Below, in pieces: positions 16,043-26,349 of a stretch of DNA of 64,000 bases (position 1 is its first letter; every line of letters starts with the position of its first letter). Where the stretch lies: contig CBFIJH010000005.1 of the NCBI GenBank assembly GCA_965662895.1, forward strand, positions 57,928 to 121,927, written 5' to 3'. The stretch comes from Candidatus Poseidoniaceae archaeon (lineage in GTDB: Archaea > Thermoplasmatota > Poseidoniia > Poseidoniales > Poseidoniaceae). The translations under genes were made by a program, and so were the position numbers. The notes beneath the pieces are model-generated. The model searched no databases. It worked only from the letters and a program-made list of their open reading frames with translations, and was not told where the DNA came from.

Positions 16043-18088
16043 ATGCTTCTCAATTGGCGCTTCGATGGTTTCCCAGGACGTGTTCTTTGGGTTGATCTGA
16101 CCAAAGGAACAGTTGAAGCCAGAGAGATTCCACACGATTGGTTGATTGAATCAATGGGCGGAAAGGGGCTTGCTACTCGCTTGCTTGTTGAATGGGATAC
16201 GACCGATTATGATGCAGCGATGCAACTCAACCACCACGTTCTCGATCGGGTTGACGTTGCCAGACATCCATCAAACCCACTCCTTTTCATGACGGGTCCA
16301 TATCAAGCAAGCACGGTTGGTTCGTCCGGTCGTGCTGTGGTTGTGACGCGTTCTCCACTCACCGATTTGTACATCGACACCTACATTGGTGGAAACATTG
16401 GACATGTCCTTCGTCAAGCGGGTTGGGATGGTCTCTTCATTACAGGCGCTTCAGAGCGTCTCTGTCGTCTTGAGATTGTGGATGGCCGTGCGGAATTGCA
16501 CGAGGCAAAGGAGTTGCAAGGATTGACCACCTGGCAGGTTGAACAAGCGCTCGATGGAAAGGGCGAATGCCTTTCCATCGGACCAGCGGGAGAAAACGGC
16601 GTTCGTATTGCAAGTCCACTTACTGCAGGTCGAAGAGCTGCGGGTCGAGGTGGAACTGGTGCAGCATTCGGTTTCAAGAATCTCAAAGCGGTCACTGTAA
16701 AATCCACAACAAAGGAATCCATCCGATTTGCGAGTGAAGCCAGTCTCAAGTCTGCGGTGAAAGTTCAACGTCAAGAAATGGGATTGCGACGTCGCTCAGG
16801 CGATCCATTCTATTCCTTTGGAACGAGCCGTGGACCAATCTATGCCTCTGCAAACGGCCGTATGCCAACGGCCAATTACAGTTCGACCAATGCCATGATA
16901 CCAGAGTTTTCGGAATTGAAAGTGGGTGGTGGAGAAGGAGGAGTTGTTCCTTCAACAGGGACTGCAGTGACCATGACCACCAAACTCGATGCACATGAAT
17001 TATCTGGCGAACATTGGCATGAATCCTTGCCTGATGCGAAGCAGTCCGCTTGTTGTGCTCCATGTCCAATTGCTTGTGAAGCAGCAGACCGGCCAACCAT
17101 TGATGGAGAGAAGATCCGCAAGCGTCCAATCCACCTAAATCGTGTGGATCGTCCAGAATACGAGACGCTTGCAATGCTTGGCTCGAATTTGGGATTGACC
17201 AGTTCTCTCGACGTTATGGATGGAAACGATGCTTGCAATCGCTTAGGAATTGATACCATCTCTGGTGGTGCAGCTCTTTCCATTGTGTGTGAATTGGTCG
17301 AGCATGGTTGGCTTCCAGAAAACTGGTCGGACCATTTCCATGCACCGTTTGATTTTGGTCGGTACAAGCAAGGCGATGTTGTTCCCTGGCAATTTGGTAT
17401 ACCTGAGTTACCACCTCTTGCTCTCGCAATGCTTGCGAACGCTCAACCTGAGTCGGATGAATTGTTTTCCGTTCTCGGTGCTGGAGCAGTAGCATTTTCC
17501 GAGTATGTTGAGCGAGTTACGGGGCATCCTGCCACCAAATTGACAGCACACTGCAAAGGCCTTGATCTTCCTGCATGGGATCCGCGTGGAAAACGAGGCA
17601 ACGCGATGGCCTACATGACAGCGAACGTTGGCGCATCGCACATGCGGGCTGGCTACAAAGAGCCAACCGGTTTACCGAACGCTTCTGCGGTTGACTTAAT
17701 GGAAGAATTGATACAAAGTCAAAACAGCATTGTTGTTCGAGATTCAATGATTCTATGTGCATTTGCGAAAGGGGCGACACCAGATGAAGTCATGCTGGAT
17801 GCATGGAATGCGATTACAGGCGATGACGCTTCTTGGGACGATTTGATGCAGAGGGCGAGCATACAATGGGACTTGGCACGTGCATGGAATGTCGAACATT
17901 GGAAACGAATTGGTGTGAAACCAATGGACGCCGACTTGCTTTCATGGCGATTGCGCAAGGAACCCATCCCTGCTGGTGTTGCGGTAGGCATGGTCTCGTT
18001 TGTTGACGATGACGATGAGAAGGCTTGCATGGAAAAATACTACGCATTAAGAGGATGGCAGAAAGATGGAACCCCACAAACGGTGTAA
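16043..18088 (+). CDS. aor: Aldehyde:ferredoxin oxidoreductase family (tungsten/molybdopterin) enzyme
   Basis: N-terminus GRVLWVDLTKGTVEAREIP matches the AOR opening. Cys cluster SACCAPCPIACE. Length ~680 aa. Start at MLLNW just after the gpmA stop. Confidence 0.8.
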   Translation: MLLNWRFDGFPGRVLWVDLTKGTVEAREIPHDWLIESMGGKGLATRLLVEWDTTDYDAAMQLNHHVLDRVDVARHPSNPLLFMTGPYQASTVGSSGRAVVVTRSPLTDLYIDTYIGGNIGHVLRQAGWDGLFITGASERLCRLEIVDGRAELHEAKELQGLTTWQVEQALDGKGECLSIGPAGENGVRIASPLTAGRRAAGRGGTGAAFGFKNLKAVTVKSTTKESIRFASEASLKSAVKVQRQEMGLRRRSGDPFYSFGTSRGPIYASANGRMPTANYSSTNAMIPEFSELKVGGGEGGVVPSTGTAVTMTTKLDAHELSGEHWHESLPDAKQSACCAPCPIACEAADRPTIDGEKIRKRPIHLNRVDRPEYETLAMLGSNLGLTSSLDVMDGNDACNRLGIDTISGGAALSIVCELVEHGWLPENWSDHFHAPFDFGRYKQGDVVPWQFGIPELPPLALAMLANAQPESDELFSVLGAGAVAFSEYVERVTGHPATKLTAHCKGLDLPAWDPRGKRGNAMAYMTANVGASHMRAGYKEPTGLPNASAVDLMEELIQSQNSIVVRDSMILCAFAKGATPDEVMLDAWNAITGDDASWDDLMQRASIQWDLARAWNVEHWKRIGVKPMDADLLSWRLRKEPIPAGVAVGMVSFVDDDDEKACMEKYYALRGWQKDGTPQTV

Positions 18089-18091
18089 TCC

Positions 18092-18568
18092 ATGCATCCA
18101 ACGTTGAAGAAAGCGCTCCTGTTGGGGCTTCTCATTGCCTCTCCATGGCTTTTGGTTCAAGCATGGATCTTTGTCGCTGCTCAAGATGAATCCATCTCAT
18201 CCATGGAAACCTGTCCCGAAGGAAGCGCAAATTGTGCTCATCTTGGGGGAAATGCTGATTATCGAATGGATGCCACTTCAACAATTATCGATCGATCGAT
18301 GGATGACATTCGGTCCGAATTATCCGATTATATCTCTGAATACGATTGCGAAATTCTTGTTGAGGATGTCTCGGATACATCCTATTATGTTCATTTTGTT
18401 GAACGTACTCCGTTTTGGCTTTTCCCAGATGATGTTTTGGTTTCCATTGAACAAATCGATGAAGATACGGTGGAAATTGAACTTCATTCTCAATCTCGAC
18501 TCGGAGTTGGAGATTTGGGTGTGAATCCAGAACGATTGGAAGACATTTACAATCAATTAACAGACTGA
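18092..18568 (+). CDS. DUF1499-like small secreted/membrane-anchored protein
   Basis: N-terminal hydrophobic helix, ~150 aa, FPDDV motif. Family call is from memory. Starts 3 nt after the AOR stop. Confidence 0.45.
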   Translation: MHPTLKKALLLGLLIASPWLLVQAWIFVAAQDESISSMETCPEGSANCAHLGGNADYRMDATSTIIDRSMDDIRSELSDYISEYDCEILVEDVSDTSYYVHFVERTPFWLFPDDVLVSIEQIDEDTVEIELHSQSRLGVGDLGVNPERLEDIYNQLTD

Positions 18569-19293
18569 ATCAAATCATCCCAGCCATATGGATAACCGCT
18601 CTCATCGATGAGCAGGACATTGACGCCCAATCCTGTTTTATGGAAGGCAATCAATTGAATGTCGTGGATGGAATGACCGGTTGGAGCAACGCCGAGAACA
18701 GGCAATTCTTTTCGTGAGAACCAAGATCGTGTTTTTGTGGGTGCTTTTTCTGTTCCAAGGCTACGACGCGTACCATCAACATCATCGAACCAAGGGAGTG
18801 GTCCTTCAGGTGTAAATCGCAAACCAAGAATCATGTCGACGCCTGTGGTTTCCTGTGCTGCATCTGTATCGGCTCCACTCGGGATGGCAGGCGCATTCGG
18901 GTGCGTGTGCAACCAGTGTGTAAATCGTCCTGCCCGAGAACCGCGTTGTCCTGAGAAGAGATCATCCGTCCATTCTTCTGGAAGGTGATGGACAGAATAC
19001 GAATCGCCACGATTGACCACGTGAGCTTCTTTGATGACGTATCCTTGACCTCCGAAGAGATTTGACACGTGTTCCTGCCCCTCAAACGCAGATTCGACTT
19101 CATCGATGTGTCTCCTCTTCGGGTCAACATCTAGGCCGACCAGAATTTCGTCTGGAAGCGATTGCAAAGCCCAAACGACGAGTTCGCGAAAAACTGGTCC
19201 AGGGAGGTGCAATTGTGCCGCATAGGAGTGCCGCATCGAATACGATTCAGCGTTGTACGAACGCATCGCATCAACCAACCACGCTTCGACCAC
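18553..19293 (-). CDS. JAMM/MPN+ (Mov34) family metalloprotease-domain protein
   Basis: JAMM motif HWLHTHPNAPAIPSGADTDA (H-x-H-x7-S-x2-D) with upstream PDEILVGLD (Glu of the E...HxH site). ~100-aa C-terminal extension. Confidence 0.65.
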   Translation of the reverse strand: MVEAWLVDAMRSYNAESYSMRHSYAAQLHLPGPVFRELVVWALQSLPDEILVGLDVDPKRRHIDEVESAFEGQEHVSNLFGGQGYVIKEAHVVNRGDSYSVHHLPEEWTDDLFSGQRGSRAGRFTHWLHTHPNAPAIPSGADTDAAQETTGVDMILGLRFTPEGPLPWFDDVDGTRRSLGTEKAPTKTRSWFSRKELPVLGVAPTGHSIHDIQLIAFHKTGLGVNVLLIDESGYPYGWDDLIQSVN

Positions 19294-19372
19294 AGACCTT
19301 CCAGTGCATCATCCTTCATCAAGGAGCGCCTTGAGGAGAACCTTTGAAAAATCTAGAGTGCAAGCGCTTTTC

Positions 19373-20101
19373 ATGGCGAAGAAAAAACGAGGTGGCTTTG
19401 GCCGATTCCTCGGTGCCCTCACTGGGACGCCATACGAACGTCTTCTCAAGCAGGTCGAGAAACTTGCGAACGAACATGCGGACGATGAGCGCAAACTTGG
19501 AAAGGCACTGAAAAAACTCGTCGACGTTGTAGGGACCGCCTATGAAGAAGAAGAGATTGATGAGGATGAACATGATCTTGTTCTCGAAGCGATTGAGGAA
19601 GTTGATCCCAAAGGGCGCTCATTTCCGAAATTTGCTGAAGAAGATGCATTTTATGCAAACGATGCACCGGATGCCCCCGAACTCAATCTCGGGAAACGAA
19701 AGAACTTGGATGATTTAATGACTGCATCTGGAAAAGAATTCACTGGTAGTTTTGGCCGGGACGAATTCGATGAATTCAAAGCGCGGATGACTGAAGAGTT
19801 CTATGCAGAATCGGATGAGGCGATTCAGGCAGGCGACCATCAAGCCACCATTCGTACAGAGAATCGAGTGTTTACGGATGAAGAAGACGAACTTCAAAAT
19901 GTAAAGGCGATGATTTCTCAAGAGTCTGGCCTTGTCGATCCAACCACGGTCGAGGAAGAAGAGGAAGATTCCTTTGAAGACGATGAAAATTATTCCATCG
20001 ACGAGGATGGAACAGAGTGGTTCCAAGATGATGATGGCTATTGGTGGTACCGTCCAGAAGGTGAGCCTGACTGGCTACCATGGGAAGAGGACGAGGACTG
20101 A
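19373..20101 (+). CDS. Highly acidic hypothetical protein with a Trp-rich C-terminus
   Basis: Start trimmed to MAKKKRGGFGRF. Extreme D/E content. Ends ...EWFQDDDGYWWYRPEGEPDWLPWEEDED. Confidence 0.55.
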   Translation: MAKKKRGGFGRFLGALTGTPYERLLKQVEKLANEHADDERKLGKALKKLVDVVGTAYEEEEIDEDEHDLVLEAIEEVDPKGRSFPKFAEEDAFYANDAPDAPELNLGKRKNLDDLMTASGKEFTGSFGRDEFDEFKARMTEEFYAESDEAIQAGDHQATIRTENRVFTDEEDELQNVKAMISQESGLVDPTTVEEEEEDSFEDDENYSIDEDGTEWFQDDDGYWWYRPEGEPDWLPWEEDED

Positions 20102-21973
20102 TTACGAAGGAATCGGTTGTTGATCCCACCAAGGTGGAGCCAAGAACCATGCCTCATGATTTGCAGGCCGGTCTATGAGTGGCAATCCAATAGTACCTCC
20201 TTCAATGGAGACGCCTCCGAGTGGATTTGTTGCACATGGACCTGGAAGATAATCCTCTCCGCTTTCTGTCAGTTCGATTCGTAACGAGTGACCTGCTGGG
20301 ACAACAACATCGAGTGGATTAAATTCCATCAACATCGTATACGACGAAAACGGTGCAACAGGGTTGGCTTCGTATCCCCCGTCTCTGTAACGGATGTCCA
20401 TGGTCGCATGTCCCAGTCGAAGATTCAGTGTATCATCGTAGAGTGTCGCAAAAATCTGGCCACCGTTGCATGCCTGTGTGGAAACGTCGAGGTGAAGCGT
20501 TGGTAGCCCGGACAGATGGAGCCCATCTTCGTACACTTGGCTCGTAAGGAGAACAGTTCCTCCAGAGCCACTGACAACCCCATCACCATTCCACTCCGTT
20601 CCGATTTCTTCCATTTGCCACGTCATGTCTTCAGGAGGCCATGTTTCTTCGACGTGCCATTGACCATCATGCGTTTGAATTTGCACCATCGGCTCGGGTT
20701 CATCACCAATGTCTTTCAGATAGTATTGGAACCAGCCATACAGTTCAACGGCCCAATCCATTCGACTCATGTTCGGATAAGCCTCTCCGCCATAGCCAGG
20801 ACCCAACTCACTGTGTCGATCGGGTTGATCTGGGTAATTATGAGCCCACTGTCCTGCGATGGCTCTTGCATTAATGCCTGCATCTCGCATCAATTGATAC
20901 GTTGGGAACGCATGATACGGATCAACGTTCCAGTCCTGAAGACCCCATACAAGGTAGACGCTTCCACGGTAATTTTCGAGAACATCTGGAAGATGTCGGC
21001 GTTCGTCCCAATAATCATTCCATTCAGCTCCTCCAAATTCAGCGAAGGCATAAGTTGACCATGGATTGAGTGGGCCAACAAGGTCATCAGAGCAGACACG
21101 CATGTCGTCGGTGGTCAAATCCGCCGTTGCAGCTTGGTAGGCAGCGTCGTAACCCATTGCACGGGCTTCAGATGAGCCGTTTCTGTAGAACATCTCTTGC
21201 ACGCCAATCGATCCTGAAATAGGGACGATGGTTTTCAGATGTTCACTTGGTTGTTGAGCGGCTTCCCAATTGGTCGTTCCAGCATAGGATTTCCCCATCA
21301 AGCCAACGTTTCCATTGGACCAATTTTGTTGTCCCAACCACTCAACAACCGCTTGGATTCCAACCTGTTCTCCAAGTCCTTTCACATCTTGACAATGGGT
21401 CGATTTCCCTGTACCAAATGTACTTGCTTGGGCAAGTGCATAACCATGCGGAACGAAGGTGTCGTAAACCCACTGTCCAACTCCACCGTCTGGAATGGTG
21501 TTTGGATTGGAATCTTCACCAATGCCTGGCATGCCCTCTCCCCCGAAGTCATAGTACGGATGGATGGTCATGATGACAGGTACTTTGACCCCTTCTTCAA
21601 CATCTGGCAACCAAAGTGCAACATGCATTTTCGCTTCATCCGGATAACCGATATCTTGCTCGGAAGCGGGTAAGTCCACTGTGATGAAATGTTCTGAATA
21701 AGGAAGGATGTCATAGGTCCCGTTTTCCGGGAGTTGTGCTCGCATCGTGTCCATTGGTAAATCCATCATGTGACGGTCGTGGAGTGGTGTTTCCCACCAA
21801 TTCTCACTATTTTGAACATTCTTTTCATCCGAAAGAGCCTCTCCAAAAGACATTGAGAGGAAAAGGAAAGCGATACAAAACGCAATTGTTGCAGAGAGGG
21901 AGATGTTGAGTTGCGTCTTGGCCAACGATGATGTTGACTCGATGACATCTGCATCGACAACGTCATCAGCCAT
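20102..21973 (-). CDS. S15-family Xaa-Pro dipeptidyl-peptidase / CocE-NonD hydrolase with an N-terminal membrane anchor
   Basis: Nucleophile elbow VGLMGKSYAGTTNW (GxSYxG). Length ~620 aa. N-terminal helix IAFCIAFLFLSMSF. Confidence 0.75.
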   Translation of the reverse strand: MADDVVDADVIESTSSLAKTQLNISLSATIAFCIAFLFLSMSFGEALSDEKNVQNSENWWETPLHDRHMMDLPMDTMRAQLPENGTYDILPYSEHFITVDLPASEQDIGYPDEAKMHVALWLPDVEEGVKVPVIMTIHPYYDFGGEGMPGIGEDSNPNTIPDGGVGQWVYDTFVPHGYALAQASTFGTGKSTHCQDVKGLGEQVGIQAVVEWLGQQNWSNGNVGLMGKSYAGTTNWEAAQQPSEHLKTIVPISGSIGVQEMFYRNGSSEARAMGYDAAYQAATADLTTDDMRVCSDDLVGPLNPWSTYAFAEFGGAEWNDYWDERRHLPDVLENYRGSVYLVWGLQDWNVDPYHAFPTYQLMRDAGINARAIAGQWAHNYPDQPDRHSELGPGYGGEAYPNMSRMDWAVELYGWFQYYLKDIGDEPEPMVQIQTHDGQWHVEETWPPEDMTWQMEEIGTEWNGDGVVSGSGGTVLLTSQVYEDGLHLSGLPTLHLDVSTQACNGGQIFATLYDDTLNLRLGHATMDIRYRDGGYEANPVAPFSSYTMLMEFNPLDVVVPAGHSLRIELTESGEDYLPGPCATNPLGGVSIEGGTIGLPLIDRPANHEAWFLAPPWWDQQPIPS

Positions 21974-22146
21974 ATTCGACCCAAGCCTTGGATGTTGAAG
22001 AGGGTGGCGATTCTGTGGAAGTCAAAAATTCAAAGATTCATTCGAATACCAGTGCCATCGAAATCGTACTACAATTGATTCTCGGAATGGAAACAGCGTC
22101 GCATTGAGCCCACAACGCTCAAAGAGTTCGGAGCAAAGGCAGAGAT

Positions 22147-23382
22147 ATGAGCACCCGTCGCCTCTTCGCTGCAGTACGGGACCTTGATCCACCCGGCGGC
22201 GGCGCAGAGCGTTCCTTGGCGGCTCTGCTGAACGGAATTGCTCGGCCGGGTCCAACACTTGAAACAGCACCGACATACGTACCACTGTCCCCTGCGAAGG
22301 ATGCACCAACCCATCCAGCATGGACGGTCAGTGCCTTTGCGAGTCACGATCGAGGCGAACCAATCGGCTTGCTCGAGCCCGAAGTGAACCATGCAACCAC
22401 AGATCTTCCAATTGAAGGGCTCTGGTCGAAGGTTGCTTGGGGATTGAGGGAACGAAGAGGTGAGTTGCGACGTCGTAAGTGGGCCCTCGATCGACACATC
22501 GCTCGACGTAGTGCTCAATTCGCCGGTCGTGTCGGTTCGTGGTTGGACAAACAGGAACATACAGGTGGTATTGGATTAACCCAACTTGACTGGGCCCCTG
22601 GAGCTGCAAAAGCGTTTACTGCCCGTGGGATGCCATACATCATGTTCGTTCGTGATGACACGGCATTCCGCCTTGAGGAACGCTTTCGCCCTGTACTGGA
22701 GGGCGCAGCTCTTGTTTGTGCCGCTGGAGAAGGCCTCCTCGCTGACATACGCTCTCGCTTTGCTATTCAAAAAGGTCACAGCGTTCCTCTGCCAATTGAT
22801 TTTGAAGGGCGCTTTGGAAGCATGGACGATGTGAATGCTTTGCGGCTGGCTGAGCAGGCAAAGCGACCCGATACAGCTCCGCCCACGATCGGTGTAATTG
22901 TCGTAACTCCAGAAAAGGGTTTGCGAATCTATCAACGCCTCTTACCGAGGTTGCTTGAGCGATGGCCAGAAGCAGTAGTCCACATTGCTGGTGGAAGTGC
23001 TTATCCGCAACAACTCGTACGTCACTCGAACGCACGCGTGCTGGGTCATGTCGATGCAGCGACATTCTTCGCAGGCATCGATGTTCACCTTATTCTGTTT
23101 GAAACGACCGGTTCATGGGGCCGAGTTATAGGAGAAGCAGGCTTGTTCGGTGTGCCAACTGTAACGTCCGATGTTGGCTCACAAAAGGAAGCCTTGGGTG
23201 AGGGAGGCATTCTGGTGGACGATGGTCATGATACGGATGCAGTCATCGACGCCTTGAAGGCGGTTTATGACGATCGTGAGCGATACGGTGCATTGGCTCG
23301 AAAACACACCCAAATGGTAGATCATCGACGCTCTGTTGCGGCTTTCCGTAGCGGCCTCGAAGATTTGTTGAACGACCGATAA
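22147..23382 (+). CDS. Glycosyltransferase, GT4-like (GT-B fold)
   Basis: N-terminal PPGGGAERSLAALLNGIARPG (GT4 motif). C-terminal FETTGSWGRVIGEAGLFGVPTVTSDVGSQKE (E-x7-E region). Arg/Ala-rich non-acidic composition. The 5' half is 58-66% GC in hand-counted samples. Confidence 0.65.
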   Translation: MSTRRLFAAVRDLDPPGGGAERSLAALLNGIARPGPTLETAPTYVPLSPAKDAPTHPAWTVSAFASHDRGEPIGLLEPEVNHATTDLPIEGLWSKVAWGLRERRGELRRRKWALDRHIARRSAQFAGRVGSWLDKQEHTGGIGLTQLDWAPGAAKAFTARGMPYIMFVRDDTAFRLEERFRPVLEGAALVCAAGEGLLADIRSRFAIQKGHSVPLPIDFEGRFGSMDDVNALRLAEQAKRPDTAPPTIGVIVVTPEKGLRIYQRLLPRLLERWPEAVVHIAGGSAYPQQLVRHSNARVLGHVDAATFFAGIDVHLILFETTGSWGRVIGEAGLFGVPTVTSDVGSQKEALGEGGILVDDGHDTDAVIDALKAVYDDRERYGALARKHTQMVDHRRSVAAFRSGLEDLLNDR

Positions 23383-23439
23383 CACGTCAGTTGGTGCTTG
23401 TTGTAATACCTGCGTCAGAGAACTCTACCTGACCAACCT

Positions 23440-24195
23440 TCATCTTGTGAGTTTGTCCTTCATTCCCCAATAGAGTCGTTTTGCTGACTGTTTGACTTTT
23501 CTTCTAACCGAAATGTGCTCTTTTTGGAACAGGTAGGTCGGTGTTGCGGCGTAGTTAACACGATCCGTCGTGTACCCAAATTTGGACACAGCATCTCTGA
23601 ACAATCTGAATTCATTTTTTGTAGCCAATTCAGCAAAAATCACGGGTGACTGATTCTCAAGTATGTGCTTCGCACCTTGAATAATGGGAAGCTCGAATCC
23701 CTCAACATCTATCTTGATCAAAGCAATGTTGTCGACACCCTGCATAATGTGGTCAAGGGTGTCCACCTCTCTTTGGGAGCCTTCTACATTCACGATTTTT
23801 GTCATACCTGCATTGAGATGGTTGGTATCGGAGAGGTCAACAAACCCTTTTCTGTCCAGAATGCCAATTTCCCCAAGGATGTAGCTGTCCTCTGAGCAGT
23901 TGAGTTCCATGTTTTCCTTCAAGATTGCAAAAATCGATTCATCGATTTCAAAACTGTACACTTTTGTTGAGTTGCAAAAGCGATTGAAAAAAATAGAATG
24001 GTTGCCAATATTGGCCCCAATATCAACGTAGACACCCTCCAAACCCAATGAGCGAGCTTTTTCAAGCAACTTCTCTTCGTAGAATGTTTCCTCAGTTACG
24101 ATTCGGTCAAAGATTGAATCGTCAGCGTGGTAACCTTTCATGGTGATTTGCTGATTGGAATACACAAATTCCGTCACCACCCGGTCCTGACCCAT
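23440..24195 (-). CDS. FkbM-family SAM-dependent methyltransferase
   Basis: VDIGANIGNHSIFF (SAM motif I) and the FkbM signature LIKIDVEGFELPII. AT-richer than its surroundings (38-46% GC in samples). Confidence 0.75.
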   Translation of the reverse strand: MGQDRVVTEFVYSNQQITMKGYHADDSIFDRIVTEETFYEEKLLEKARSLGLEGVYVDIGANIGNHSIFFNRFCNSTKVYSFEIDESIFAILKENMELNCSEDSYILGEIGILDRKGFVDLSDTNHLNAGMTKIVNVEGSQREVDTLDHIMQGVDNIALIKIDVEGFELPIIQGAKHILENQSPVIFAELATKNEFRLFRDAVSKFGYTTDRVNYAATPTYLFQKEHISVRRKVKQSAKRLYWGMKDKLTR

Positions 24196-24219
24196 GGAAG
24201 GGCTACCAACTCGGTGCCT

Positions 24220-25419
24220 TTAATTCTCTTTCAAGGGTGCGTTGGATGAGAGGACAGTCTCGTAAACCTCCAGCAATCGGTTCCGAATTGCATCTTTGCT
24301 GTACCTCGCTTCAACGCCATCTCGCATTATTTGAGTGTCCCATTCCATGTCAATCATGCTGCCCATCGCCTCTGCCAAGCCATCCACATCGTCGACGTCG
24401 ACGAGCAGACCATCCTCCTTCCGGACGATGTCGTTTGGGCCGCCACAGCGGGTGGCGACGACAGGTCGACCTGTGGAAAGTGCTTCGATTAACACGATGC
24501 CAAATGTTTCGTATCGGCTTGGGTGAACAAAGGCATCGATTTCTTGAAAGAATTCACACGCTTTTTCCCTTGGTACTGTGCCAACAAACTCGACTCTGTC
24601 GTCCATTCCATATGCAGAGGCTAACGCCTGCAGCTGTTTCCGAAGTGGGCCGTCACCAGCCAGCAGAAGTTTTGCGTTTGTGACTTGTTTGAAAGCTTGC
24701 AGCAAGGTTTTGTGGCCTTTGTCATTCACTAGGTTAGCCATGTATCCAAACGTGAATGTAGCGTTTTTTGGTTGAGGTGTGTAAGGGAATTTTTCTACAT
24801 CGATCATGTTCGGTATTGTGGTGAATTTTGATGCCTGGATGCCCAGAACTTGTTCCAAATCGTTGGCCAATGTACTACTGACTGACAAGAGCCGGTTGGC
24901 TGATTTCAATGCTGACTTTGCAGTAATTTGTTCCCGCGGCCCAACAATGTTTCTTCCGAAAATGCTTGAGTGGACGGTCACAATGTACGGGATTTTTTCT
25001 CTCTCAGCGATGGCTTTCGCTAGAATAGCTCCCCACATTGTTGCTTTGGCATGAATGATGTCCGGGGGGCCGTGCACTGCTCTGTAGGCGTCGTACATCT
25101 TCAGTGCCAACTTCTCATGAGAACGGACAAATGAACGGTATACCGAGGGAATATTGTGAAGTGGACCCGGTTGGAACAACCGTTTGCTGGCTCGTACCAC
25201 GGTCAAGTTGTTTTCCACAGTCGTTGTGATTGACCGACTCGGCCCTTTGAGCCATGTTGCAGAGGGAAGGTGATGAAATATTGCATGAAGAACCCCGACT
25301 TTGTGGCCGACTTCTGCGAACATTTCGGCCTGTTCTCTGAAAAAGGTGCCTGAAAGAGGTGCATCTGGGCTTGGGTACCAAGAGGGAATAAAGAGGATAT
25401 GGTGTTTCGTCAATTGCAT
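24220..25419 (-). CDS. Glycosyltransferase family 4 (GT1 superfamily)
   Basis: RYETFGIVLIEALSTGRPVVATRCGGPNDIV (E-x7-E). Start trimmed to MQLTKHHILFIPSWYP. Confidence 0.8.
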   Translation of the reverse strand: MQLTKHHILFIPSWYPSPDAPLSGTFFREQAEMFAEVGHKVGVLHAIFHHLPSATWLKGPSRSITTTVENNLTVVRASKRLFQPGPLHNIPSVYRSFVRSHEKLALKMYDAYRAVHGPPDIIHAKATMWGAILAKAIAEREKIPYIVTVHSSIFGRNIVGPREQITAKSALKSANRLLSVSSTLANDLEQVLGIQASKFTTIPNMIDVEKFPYTPQPKNATFTFGYMANLVNDKGHKTLLQAFKQVTNAKLLLAGDGPLRKQLQALASAYGMDDRVEFVGTVPREKACEFFQEIDAFVHPSRYETFGIVLIEALSTGRPVVATRCGGPNDIVRKEDGLLVDVDDVDGLAEAMGSMIDMEWDTQIMRDGVEARYSKDAIRNRLLEVYETVLSSNAPLKEN

Positions 25420-25642
25420 CACCACTCCTTCGCGAACCACTGGCGGTGAGCCGGTCTGAGGACACACATGCAAACCAACAATCTTGTTGGTTATGAGTCA
25501 ATTCATGTGTGCTTAAACCTTTCCAAGTACTGGATTTCGTGCCGAATTCAGCCTGCTGGACACGACGTTAAATCACTCGCTTTCAGTCCTATCAGCCGAT
25601 TCATGGGATTGGTTATTTAATGATGGAGCCGGTGTTCTCACT

Positions 25643-26242
25643 ATGACAGAAAGTCCTGAAGGGGGTTCATTTTTCAAAAAGTGGGTCATGAGGCAATACT
25701 GGAGAATGCAACAATCTCAAGCTGTCGTCAGTTTGTTGTTGTGGGGGACAACCATCACCCTACTTGTTTGGCCTCTAATCAAATGGAGATTCACTGCAGA
25801 ATGCGCTTCAGGTCTTTGTATTTCTGACGAGTTTTTTGGCATATCCAGTACGTATTTTGCACTTGCTGGCATCTTTTTCACAGTCATGTTCGGCGTTCTC
25901 ACAATTGGATTTCTTTACGATCAAGTGTTCTCTCTTTGGACCGAGTATCGAAATGTCGATATGGAGCGCAACCCATTTGCAACCTATGCGCTTGCTCCAA
26001 TTTGGGTCATGACGATTGCATTACAAGCCGAGGTTTTGAAGCGCACTTCACCCGATGATGAAGCAATGGTCAAACAAGCTAATTGGTGCCTCAAATGGTG
26101 CGAGGCGTACACAGAAGGTGAGATGTTTGCTCGTGCTGTTCAACGCTGGGACGAAGATTTAGGAGAAACGCCAACATTTTGGTTTACAAGCGATGAGGCG
26201 ATGGAGCGAGCCCGGCAGACTTCCTTCGAAGATGAATCTTGA
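25643..26242 (+). CDS. Hypothetical membrane protein
   Basis: 199 aa. 3-4 helices followed by an acidic tail. Confidence 0.5.
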   Translation: MTESPEGGSFFKKWVMRQYWRMQQSQAVVSLLLWGTTITLLVWPLIKWRFTAECASGLCISDEFFGISSTYFALAGIFFTVMFGVLTIGFLYDQVFSLWTEYRNVDMERNPFATYALAPIWVMTIALQAEVLKRTSPDDEAMVKQANWCLKWCEAYTEGEMFARAVQRWDEDLGETPTFWFTSDEAMERARQTSFEDES

Positions 26243-26349
26243 TTGAGTTCGCACAAGAAACATCCAACATCGGACATGTTTGCTCCACAATTATCTTTGA
26301 ATGAAAGTGGTTGTAGCTTACAATCAAATTGCTCTTTAACCGCTAGGTT

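Noticed and set aside
20516-21058. 180-aa plus-strand ORF
   Set aside because: Antisense to the S15 peptidase, which has a clear GxSYxG catalytic motif.
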